Assembly (NCBI GenBank): GCA_951406725.2
Contig: OX597814.1
Span: 110,546,001 to 110,610,000 of the forward strand
DNA from: Octopus vulgaris
Taxonomy: Eukaryota
Reading direction: 5' to 3'
DNA length: 64,000 nt
Positions 1 to 10,605 of this stretch are shown here, piece by piece; the first letter of the stretch is position 1, and every line of letters starts with the position of its first letter. Made by a program: the position numbers and the translations under genes. The notes beneath the pieces were generated by a model. It ran no database searches, had not been told where the DNA came from, and saw nothing but the letters and a program-made list of their open reading frames with translations.

Positions 1-322
1 ACTCTAAAATATTAGAGCAGTATTATATATATATCATCATCATCATCTGTTCTCCAAGCTGGTATGGGTTGGATGGATTAACTGAGGTCTGCAGAGCCTT
101 GTGGCTGCACCAGGTCTGATCTGGTAATGTTTCTACAGCTGGATGTCCCCTGAGAGTGTAGTGGGTGCTTTTTATGTGCCTCCGGCACATTTTCTAGGAT
201 GTTTGTTGTGATGACCAGTCAGAAGGTGATCATTGGTTTCACACCTATAGTTGAAAACACTTGCTGAAGAACCATGCAGTGGGACCAAACCAGGAACCAT
301 ATGGTGAGGAAGCAAGCTTCTT

Positions 323-2350
323 TATTTCATTAAATTTGCCACAAGGGCAGCACACAGAGAGAAGCTTGAGGGCTAGACAGAGACATTAATGGGATGAATG
401 ATGATGATATAAGGATGATAAGGATAGGAGAAGACGAAAAGCGCCCGCCGACTTTCGCTTCTCTAACACATTGTTCTTTTTTTCTTTTTTTTTTTAAAAC
501 AATGAGGCAATAAACCTCTTACACAGTTCAAAATTAAAAATAAAACACAAACGAGGTAATAATCCTCTCACTTTTTACATTTTTAGTCTCTTTTTGAGGT
601 AATACACCTCTTCAATTTTTCCGCCCGGCCAGGCTCCTCGCTTCATCGAAGCACCTGGTCCGTTCCGAACTTAAAGGTTTCAACATAATTCTGAAGGAGT
701 CCTTCGGGAAGGAGTTCGTTATCCTGCACAGATCGTTCTCCCATATGACCTCTGCAGCCACCTGCGAAGGCCACTCAGGGTCCTCCGTGTAGGACAGAAG
801 CCCCTCCCACCGGCACTTCCTCTCAATTTTTTTGATTTCATTTTGCAAGGTTCCTCCCTTGTGGAAGAGGACCAAAAATTCCTCCTCCAGCAGCACACCC
901 GCCAAAGGAGAATTGGGACACGCTGGCAGCGTGTCACAACCCGCCGGCAATGTCCCGTTTTTCTTTTTTCTTTTCTTTTTCCCTTGAGCTACAGGAGGGT
1001 GGTGTTCCCTTGCTGTGTCCAGCAGGTCCTCCTTTTCTCCCGCAGCTCTCGGGTTCCTCGGTGGGCAGCCATTGTTGCCCACCTTTCGCTTTCGTTTTTT
1101 CGAGGAGGTAGAAACCTCCTCGACATCCTCCTCCTTCTCTCCCTCCATTGAGGAAGCAGGGAGTGGTTCCTCTGTTAACTGCTGCAGGATCTTATTTTGG
1201 TCCTTGGGGCAGTTTTTCTTGATGTGGCTGGTCCCCAGGCACAGGTGACACTTGGCGAGGCGTCCCTCAAGCATCACCGGATACCTAGACCCGGCCATCC
1301 TCAAAAAATCTGGGAAAACCAGACTTTCGGCTGATTGGGTGCATAGGGTCAACACAGCTTTTGACCCCTCCCAATCAGCCACAGGCAAAATTTTTACGTT
1401 GAGCAGCTTGGTACTGCTGTCACCCAGACCCCGGCGGATAGAGTTCTCTATCCACTCATGCTCAACTCTGGGTAGCAAGCCGCAGACCCAAGCTCTTGTT
1501 AACTTCTTTCCACAATAACTGGGAAGAAACATTATTTCCTTCCCCTCGAGGGGCCGGCTTGCAAATTCGCAAGCTTTTTTGGGGGAGTCAAATAGCAACC
1601 AGACCATTGCAAATTTGACTCCCCGTGAAATAAATTTAATAGCTGGCATGTATTCTGCCAGCTCTTTCAAAATTGTGGCTTTCGGGAAGACGGTTATGGT
1701 ATCGAGTGACTTTGAATAAGTCCTCAACACCACCGTCTTCCTTTCGAGCTCTTTTAGCCATGATTTGGGAGGTGTTAATTCCCACACTAATATTTCCTTT
1801 GCCATTTTTTTTTAAAATAAAAAGTTCAAATACAGTTCGACAATACGTTTTCAAATAAAGGAAGATACATAAAAAAAGACAGAAGACACAACAGAAGGGA
1901 AGAAAAAATAAAATAACAGTTCAAATAAAGTTCTTTTTTTTTAAATAAATGATAGCTGTGAAAAGAGAGTTCAAATCCAGGCAAAGAAATAAATTTTCGG
2001 CTGAAAGGTACTCCTGGCCAATCCTTTTAATCCACGTGGGCACAAAAATTTTCAAATACAATTTCTCACAATTATGTGAGACAACACACACGTCTCCACT
2101 GCAAGGCAGACAAAAAGCTCCGAATCCAGTAAGGACTCCCTGCCTGTTCAAAAAAATAAAACCAACAGGCAACAAATCCTACTGGACTCACAAAGCAAAA
2201 AGTCTTACCTTACAGTAGAGCGTTTTTCAGTTCAACTTTTGCCAGCTGCATACCAGCGTGACGACTTCAACAGGTACGTGAAGAACACTGTTTTTGTTCT
2301 TTTTTCTTTTTAGGATGGAGCTCAAAGCTACACGTCTTCACAGTTCAGCC
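323..2350 (-). mobile_element. ORF1-only (HAL1-like, non-autonomous) non-LTR retroelement, Tx1/L1-type ORF1
   Basis: Perfect 15-bp TSD GGAAGCAAGCTTCTT at 308-322 and 2351-2365. Single long ORF 612-1805, ~545-nt 5' UTR and ~290-nt 3' UTR ending ATGAAATAAA on -. No room for, and no motifs of, endonuclease or RT. Confidence 0.85.
612..1805 (-). CDS. Gag-like/ORF1 nucleic-acid-binding protein with one CX2CX4HX4C zinc knuckle
   Basis: Intact 397-aa ORF. Motif EGRLAKCHLCLGTSHIKKNCP resembles Tx1-clade ORF1/ZCCHC3-type knuckles. Acidic stretch and basic NLS-like tracts (KKRKRK, KKKRKKK) follow. Confidence 0.85.
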   Translation of the reverse strand: MAKEILVWELTPPKSWLKELERKTVVLRTYSKSLDTITVFPKATILKELAEYMPAIKFISRGVKFAMVWLLFDSPKKACEFASRPLEGKEIMFLPSYCGKKLTRAWVCGLLPRVEHEWIENSIRRGLGDSSTKLLNVKILPVADWEGSKAVLTLCTQSAESLVFPDFLRMAGSRYPVMLEGRLAKCHLCLGTSHIKKNCPKDQNKILQQLTEEPLPASSMEGEKEEDVEEVSTSSKKRKRKVGNNGCPPRNPRAAGEKEDLLDTAREHHPPVAQGKKKRKKKNGTLPAGCDTLPACPNSPLAGVLLEEEFLVLFHKGGTLQNEIKKIERKCRWEGLLSYTEDPEWPSQVAAEVIWENDLCRITNSFPKDSFRIMLKPLSSERTRCFDEARSLAGRKN

Positions 2351-3334
2351 GGAAGCAAGCTTCTTACCACACAGCTATGCTTATACACATGTTTGCATAT
2401 GTATGTATATATATATATATATATATATACACACTCACATACACATATCATCATCCTCATCACTTAGCATTTGTTGTCCAAGCTAGCATGGTTGGACAGT
2501 TTGACCAGGGCCGATAAGCTGAGGGGTTGCACCAGACTCCAGTCTGATTTGGCATGGTTTCTATGACTGGGTGCCCTTCCTAATGCCAACCACTCCGAGA
2601 TATATGTACGTGTGTGTGTGTGTGTAATATATATACAAACACACACACGTACATATATACAATACATACATTTGTATCACCTGTCTTGAGCAGACTGTTG
2701 GATACTGTTATACACCACTGGTCACAATGCAGTTCCAATTCTTTCTTGATTGTAACCTTCTTTTCCATCTTGGCCCAAATCATTTTCCCTTCATCATGAA
2801 GGCCTCCTGGCTTACCTTTTCTGATCTCTTGGAAACAACTCAGCAATTGCATATATCCACTTGTTGATCAACCTTGTGACATGTTCAGCACAGTAAAACT
2901 TGTGTGTATATATCCTCATCTTACCACCCTCCTCTGGCCCCTGTGCCAGTGGCACGTAAAAAGCACCCACTACAGTGGTTGGCGTTAGGAAGGGCATCCA
3001 GCTGTAGAAACACTGCCAGATCAGACTGGAGCCTGGTACAGCCTCCTGGCTTCCCAGACTCCGGTTGAACCATCCAACCCATGCTAGTATGGAAAACGGA
3101 CGTTAAATGATGATGATGATGATTATCATCATCATCATTTAACATCCATTTTCCATGCTGGATATGTTTGATAGTTTGACTCCTGTCATGGTAAGCTCAG
3201 GAACCACGTAGGGCTCCATTCTCTGTTTGGTATGGTTTCCATGGCTGGTTGCCCTTCTTAATGCCAACTACTTTTTACAGAGTGTACTGGGTGCTTTTTA
3301 TGTGGCACCAGGATTGGTATAAGTTCTGGTGTGG

Positions 3335-3960
3335 GGAAAAGGTCTTCTTGCATACAGCAAGTCAGTAGGTATTTCAGTCCGTTGTCATCTCCTTCCTAAG
3401 GCTCATTTCAGTGTGTTGAGACTAGTGTTCAGTACTTCGTCCTATGTCTTCCTGGGTCTACCTCTTTCATAAGTTCCATCCCCTTTTAGTGATTGACACT
3501 TCTGTGTACAACTGTCTGCATTCATATGCATTACATGAACACGTCAACACAGTCCTCTCTCTTGCACACTGCATATAATTCCTCTTATGCCTAACTTTTC
3601 TCTCAATACACTAGCGCTCTGCCATATACACTGACATTGCACATCCAGCAGAGAATACTAGCTTCATTCCTCTCTAGTGTGTGCATGTCTTCTGTATTCA
3701 GGACCCACATCTCACTACCGTCTAGCATTGCTATTCATATCTATGCATCATACAATCTTCCTTTTACTTGGAGAGACCTTTCATTGCTAAGACAGGTGTC
3801 CTTTTCTTATTCTAGCAATTACACTTTCCATGCAGTCTATCCCACAGTTAATTAAGTCCTCTAGGTAGCAGAAATTATCCACTGCCTCTAAAAAACCTCT
3901 GGGGCATTCGAGAAAATCAATTTCTCCAGTATCTGTAGCTTTTATGGATCCTGTATATTT
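3335..3960 (-). mobile_element. Degenerate RTE LINE 3' ORF fragment
   Basis: Reverse complement resembles the 3' ORF part of the RTE copy at 21750-22349 (e.g. AGAGGTAGACCCAGGAAGACA = RGRPRKT); many stops. Confidence 0.65.
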
Positions 3961-4153
3961 TCCACATACAAATACTAATAAATATATTTATTTATTTATT
4001 TCCATCCTATTTGTTAAAGGAGGCACAAGCACTTTTACACACACATATACACCATGACAGAACTTCCACCTACCAAATCTTCACATAGCTTTGGTCAGCC
4101 CGAGGCTATTGTAGAAGGTCCTTGCTCTATGTGCCATGCAGTATATATGTATA

Positions 4154-4187
<34 letters not shown>

Positions 4188-5038
4188 ATCAGCAGAAGTT
4201 ACAGTTTTTCACAGAACATAGGACCGGATATTGCTCGATGCTGGTGTTTGTAGATAGGGTTCAGCAATTAAGGAGTGGAGAATAGGTTTGGCGATACAAA
4301 CAGGAAGACAGAACTCAAGACATGAGGATAAACATATTTATTATTATTATTAATGAAAAAATATATTTACTCATGTTTTGAGTTCTATTTTCCTGTTCAT
4401 ATCACCAACCCTATATCATCACCATTTAATGTCTGTTTTCCATGCTGGCATGGGTTGGATACTTTGACAGGAGTTGGCAAGACCAGGGCCCACACTGGAT
4501 TAGATAGTCTGTTTTTGACTTAGTTTCTATGGTTGGATGCCCTTCCTAATGCCAACGACTCCAAGAGTGTAGTGGGTGCTTTTTACATGCCACTGGCACA
4601 GGTGCCATTGACCTGACACTGGCATCGGCCATAACTACAGTCTCACTTGGCTTGATAGGTGAACACAAGCATGGTATATTGCCAAGGGTCTTGGTCACCT
4701 GCCCTCCATGAGGCCCAATACTCAAACAGTGCATGGGTGCCAGTCAGATGGCATTGGCATTGGCCACCACTACAATTTCACTCAGTTCAACAGGTTTTCA
4801 CAAACAGCATATCACCCTATGATTGAAGAGTGCTTTTAACAGGCCAAATATACCTGTTACCTTGCTTCTCTTCCAGCCACTTGGTAATACTCCCTACTAC
4901 CACCTTCCTTCCATGTTCTCCACACCTATTTATTAGCCTTTATTGTCTGTTCAATTCTAATTGTTCCACCACCATTTTACTTTCAGCTTGGTTAGGACTT
5001 TGCTTGAGCCACATGTTTGTTCAGTAACTCTGAGCAGG

Positions 5039-5089
<51 letters not shown>

Positions 5090-5275
5090 AGTAATTAAGA
5101 TTCAGTTGAATTAAGTACCTAAGTTGAAGCACCAAGTGAGTCCAATATTGTCCACACAGCTCGAAGTAAGGTGAATAAAATCAAAATAAATAACAGGATG
5201 TCAAGTAATAATGCAGTACAACCATTTCAAGCGGCTCCATTTAATTGAATAATGTAATCATTACGTATATTATAT

Positions 5276-5306
<31 letters not shown>

Positions 5307-5619
5307 GGGAGAATTCACAAAAAAAAACAAAAGACAAAGACGGGTGGTGTAGACAACAAACAGATGTATTAATTTAACGTTTGGGAAGTAAAAAAGTCTT
5401 TAATGTTTCGAGCCTATGCTCTTCCACAGAAAGGAATGCAGAAAGAAACAAGGAGAGAAAATAAAGAATGTGTAGTGCCTAGCGATCTATCATGCCGATA
5501 TATATATACAATATATATATATATATATATATTTGTAAAAAATGAAGTATGAAAATGCTGCTATATTAGACAAATTTTAATTTTTAACATGTTTCGGTTC
5601 TTGAAATGACGAACCTTAT

Positions 5620-5843
5620 CAAAAAAAATTATATATAATAAAGAGAGTTCATGCTATATGTTTAAAGAGTATGATGTAATAGTTCATAATTGTGACATAT
5701 ATTCAATAGAGTCAAATATAAAAAATTCATATATAATATTCAATAGAGTCAAATATAAAAAATTCATATATAATAAAGGGAGTCCATGCTATATGTTTAA
5801 AGAGTATGATGTAGTAGTTCATAATTGTGACATACATTCAATA
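5620..5843. repeat. Local tandem duplication (~90-bp unit twice plus a partial ~37-bp copy)
   Basis: CATGCTATATGTTTAAAGAGTATGATGT...CATAATTGTGACATA occurs twice; ATTCAATAGAGTCAAATATAAAAAATTCATATATAAT occurs twice. Confidence 0.8.
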
Positions 5844-5957
5844 GCTGAGCTGATATAAACCCAACAATCACAAAATTATACGAACAGACACCAACCAAAA
5901 ATCATTACTGTTGCTCCCATTGGAACACAAGGTAAAATCTAAAATGAACTCCTCGCT

Positions 5958-6230
5958 TTAATATAATATAATATATATATAATATAATATATATATATAT
6001 ATAATATAATATATATATATATATTATATAATATATATATTATATAATATATATAATATATATATTATATAATATATATATATATATATATAATAATATA
6101 ATATATATATATAATATAATATATATATATATATACATAATATATATATAATATAATATATATATACATTATATATATATATATATATACACACACACAT
6201 ATATGTGTGTGTGTGTATGTATATATATGT
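5958..6230. repeat. (AT)n/(AAT)-type compound microsatellite
   Basis: Directly visible. Similar tracts at about 4140, 5040, 12050, 38235-38530 and 57780. Confidence 0.95.
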
Positions 6231-7219
6231 AAAGTCATGATGCAAACTTCTGGGCGTTTGTTCATTTTATGCTTCCTAAGTCTCTGTCTACTGCTCCTCT
6301 CATCTGCCAACCCCTGTTCACTGCACTGTGTCACCCATGTAAGAGTAACACTAACAAAAAATTGCATCAGATCTGTTAACATCCAGTGCACTCCTTCACT
6401 ACCATCATTCTCTTACCATTGCTAGGAGGACTACCTATCACCTGTGCTTTTCCTCACAATAAACATCACCTCTCTCTCTATTTCTAGTAGCCACTATGCC
6501 TCACATCTTAATCTCAGTTATTCATTATTGATGATATCCATCACAATCTCTTATTTCCACCCACTTTTACAACTATTGATCCCATTCTCTCTCTCTCTCT
6601 CTCTTCTATTTCTCCCTTTTCTTTCATACTGTCACCCCAATCATTCTTGTCTTCCCTACTTCAAACACAGGACTTTTTTCCATCTCACCCTAGTTCATAT
6701 TCTACTTTTCCTTCCATAATGTCATCCCAGCCACTATCTGCCCCTTTTATACTTGGGCATCTTTCAATACTTTACTCCAGCTTATCTTCTGTAAATTCTA
6801 TCTATTCTACCAACTCTAACAATCACATTCTTCAGAACAAACAGTAAGAGTATTGATCAGTATTGTATGGTTTTTTTTCTCTTGTGGGATACTTGACAAC
6901 TTCACTACTGCTGGTACCACAATAAAATGCACCCCAATAACTCCTTAAAATTGTTGAGAGGACCTTTTAAATTTGTCTAGTTAAGGAAATGATCTTGCTA
7001 GTGCCGTTTCCAGGATAACAGATATTTGGCATACTCCATAAAAAGGATTGGTGTTAGGAAAGGCACCCAGTTGTTGAAACCAAACCAATGTGAAATATGC
7101 AAGCAAGATGTGGTACCTTGAGCCATCTGGGAGGGCAGTAATTGTGAATAAGAACTGACTGTGGTGACCTATCCAACCCATACCAGCTTGGGGAGCAAAT
7201 ACGAAGTGATGATCATAAT

Positions 7220-8640
7220 TATCATCATCATCATAATTGTTTAACGTTCGCTTTTCATGCTGGCATGGGTTGGACAGTTTGACTGAGGACTGGTAAGCCA
7301 GAGGATGGATGAGGCCCCAATCTGATCTGGCAATGTTTCTACAGCTGGATGCCCTTCCTAATGCCAACCACTCCGTGAGTGTAGTGGGTAATTTTTACGT
7401 CCCACCAGCACAGGGGCCAGAGGAAGTTGGCAATGGCCACAATTGGTTGGTGCTTTTTACATGCCACTGGCATGGAAGCCAGTCAAGGCGGTGCTGGCAT
7501 CGGCCACGTTCAGATGGTGCTTTTTACATGCCACTGGCACAGGTATCACAACTACAATTTCCATTTGATTTTCATTTTGATGTTGATGTACTTGACTCAA
7601 TAGGTCTCCTCAAACACAGCAGGTCACCCTATGATCCAAGGTACTTTTGAATAGGCTGGTGCTGCTTATGCAAAACTGGTGTAGAATACAGCCGTGAATT
7701 CACTTTATTTGCCAGGTCTTCGCAGTCACAGCATATCTCCAGAGCTCTTGGACTTTCAGCATTGCCTCTGTGAGGGAGGCCAAACATTCGAAGGTCATGC
7801 TTCACTACCTCATCCCATGTCTTCCTGGGTCTACCTCTACCCCGGATTCCTTCAACTGTTTGGGAGTAGCACTTCTTCACACAGCTCTCCTCATCCATCT
7901 GCAGTACATGACCATACCAGCGCAAACGTCTCTCTCTTGCATGCCACATCTGATACTTCTTATGTCCAACAGACCTGAGGGTGTGTGTGATGAGTTTGCA
8001 TTCCTACTTACTAGAACTTTGGTCTTTGCTACATTGACTCTTAGGCCTTTTGTTTCTAAACCTAGCTTCCACACCCAAAATTTCTTTTCTAGTTCCAGTA
8101 GTGATTCTGCTATCAGGGCCACGTCATCAGCATAGAGGGGCTCCCAGGGGCAACCTGTCTTGAATTCCTCTGTTATTGCCTGGAGGACTATGATGAATAA
8201 AAGGTGACTGAGGGCTGATTCTTGGTGGACCCCTACTTCTACCCGGAATTCTTCACTATACTCATTGCCAATCCTAAACTTACTAACGGCCTCTCTGTAC
8301 AGCCCTTATTAACCATCGCCCACATTTTGCATCGCCCACCAGATAAGGGATTGGGGGGACCCTGTCAAAGGCTTTCTGCAAGTCCACAAAAGCTAAGTAT
8401 AGGGGTTTATCTTTAGCTAGGTATTTCTCTTGCAGTTGTCAAACCAGGAATATTGCATCAGTGGTGCTTCTGCCTAGCACAAAACTGAACTGCATCTCAT
8501 CTAAGCAGACTCTCTCCCTGATGAGATGGGCTATGACCCTCTCCGTCATCTTCATCACCTGATCCAGTAATTTGATACCCCTGTAGTTATTTCCATTTAG
8601 AGCATCACATTTACCTTTGTAGCAGTTGACTGTTGTGCTG
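7220..8640 (-). mobile_element. RTE-clade LINE, 5'-truncated, internally deleted, with 3' UTR and (ATG)n tail
   Basis: Fragments NCYKGK..NNYRGIKLLDQVMK, LYADD, ERRLRWYGHV and RGRPRKTW match the 20618 ORF. A deletion junction near 7975 removes the PHD-containing segment. Confidence 0.9.
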
Positions 8641-9117
8641 CTATGCCAGCTGTTAGTTTGAATAAGGTATGACCTGGTAGGCTGTATCATGTTTTAGGTG
8701 TCTTTGTAGTCATGAACCAACATAGACAATCCTCTTAGCTTCCCCACTTTGACCCAATTGGTCCTCTTGAACTACAATTGAATAGAGTGGAGCAACGTAA
8801 AGTGACATGTTTTACTCAAGGATACAAAGTGTGGCACAATTCAGGAGTCAAACACATAGCCTTGTAGAAACTGAATTTCTCTTCCCGGCTGAAATTTGAA
8901 ACCGAATCTAAAAATTCTCTCCTGCCATTCCACCTATTGTTCTGTCAATAAAGTAACCATGATTAATGTGTTTCTCTCTTGACCTGTGAACCGTGAGTAA
9001 TGGTTGACCTACATTGACCCACCTCTTGTTCTCTACAGTATGCACATCCATATGTGTATATTGTTAGAAATACAATCATTTGGAGAGACAACTGGCAGGC
9101 TGCCAGTTCAAAATACC

Positions 9118-9351
9118 TATTTCTTTACTACCCACAAGGGGCTAAACACAGAGAGGACAACCAAGGACAGACAAATGGATTAAATCGATTATATCGACCC
9201 CAGTGCGTAACTGGCACTTCTTTAATCAACCCCGAAAGAATGAAAGGCAAAGTTGACCTTGGTGGAATTTGAACTCAGAACATAGCGGTAGATGAAATAC
9301 CAGTAAGCATTTCGCCCGGTGTGCTAATGTTTCTGCCAGCTCGCTGCTTTA
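9118..9351 (-). mobile_element. tRNA-derived SINE (OK-like family, Deu/Nin-like central domain)
   Basis: Homologous to 42905-43136. Flanked by near-TSD GCCAGTTCAAAATACC / GCCAGCTCAAATACC. Confidence 0.8.
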
Positions 9352-9835
9352 GCCAGCTCAAATACCGTCTTGACAAAACATCATAGAGGGACAGCCATGG
9401 ATTTCACCAACAATACAGTTGTCCTATCCACCCCGCTCTTACTTTCTCACTCACTCACTTTCGTTTTGACAACACCACTTGATCTATTTAGTTACGGCTG
9501 CTATAGCAACAGGGAATAAGTAAGTGCAAACGCTATCTACCCATTTACAAGAAACTATAACTCTCATTACCTCGTATGCTATCTGACTGTTTTTATACAT
9601 GGATGCCTGTCATGGTTCAGCTTTAATTATATGTAATGGAGAAATAAATATGTTATTTACAACTTCAGCCATTGCCTTTCTTTCATGGAATCAACATCAT
9701 CATCTTCGCCTTCCGACATATGCATTATCTGTTACAGCCTTACTGCTGTGAACGTAACACTCTAAGCAGCAAACCACAAACCTTCTGCTATATAACCATA
9801 ATCCACTCATCTGATATACAAATAGAGTGTGTGTT

Positions 9836-9869
<34 letters not shown>

Positions 9870-9870
<1 letters not shown>

Positions 9871-10605
9871 CACTGACGTGGCCGATGACAGTACCACCTG
9901 ATTGGCACTCGTGCCAGTGGAATGTTAAAAGCACTAATCTGAGTGTAATTGTTGCCAATGTCATTGGACTGGCTCCCGTGCAAGTGGAACGTAAAAAACA
10001 CCTTTTGAGTGTGGTTGTTGCCAGTGCCACCTGACTGGCCCTTGTCCTGGTGACATGTAAAAAGCACCCACTACACTCTCAGAGTGGTTGGTGTTAGGAA
10101 GATCATCCAGCTGTAGAAACTTTGCCAGATCAGATTAGAGCCTGGTGCAGCCTTCTGGCTCGCCAGTCCTCAGTCAAACTGTCCAACCCATGCCAGCATG
10201 GAAAGTGGACGTTAAACGATGATGATGTATTACATAAATATATATACAAGGTGACCAATGCTGGTGGTACGTGAAAAGCATCTTTTGAGTGTTGGGCTTT
10301 ACGGAGGCAATGACAAATGACCGAGACCTTTGTCATTGAGCCGTGCTTGAGAAGAAGACCCATCAGGCCAAGTAAAACTGCAGTCACGGCAGATACTGGT
10401 GTCACACTAATGGCATCTGTGCCGGTGGTACGTAAAGGCACCCATTACACTCTTGGAATGGTTGTTGTTAGGAAGGGCATCCAGCTGTAGAAACCTTGCC
10501 AAATCAGTCTGGAGTTTGGTGCAGCCTTCCAGCTTGCCAGCCCTGCTCAAACTGCCCAACCCATGCCAGCATGGACAATGGATGGTTGATGATGATGATG
10601 ATGAT
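9870..10605 (+). mobile_element. Two RTE 3'-UTR-derived short repeats (representative of >25 copies in the window)
   Basis: Shared terminus TAAAAAGCACCCACTACACTC..GGTTGG.GTTAGGAAGGGCATCCAGCTGTAGAAAC..CCAACCCATGC.AGCATGGAAA..GACGTTAAACGATGATG, identical in layout to the 3' end of the RTE copies. Others at ~2935, 14912, 15960, 41665, 45510, 49298, 49793, 51700, 56834, 59575, 60130. Confidence 0.85.

Larger units (their letters stand above)
245..2382 (-). mobile_element. tRNA-derived CORE-type SINE head split by the 323-2350 insertion
   Basis: Joining 245-322 to 2366-2382 restores the head seen intact at 31441 (GCTGTGTGGTAAGAAGCTTGCTTCC...GGTT..GTCCCACTG on -). Confidence 0.75.

Noticed and set aside
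2681-2875. Exon-like minus-strand segment with a strong AAG|GTAAG donor (LINKWIYAIAELFPRDQKR)
   Set aside because: Weak acceptor, no recognisable homology, sandwiched between repeats.
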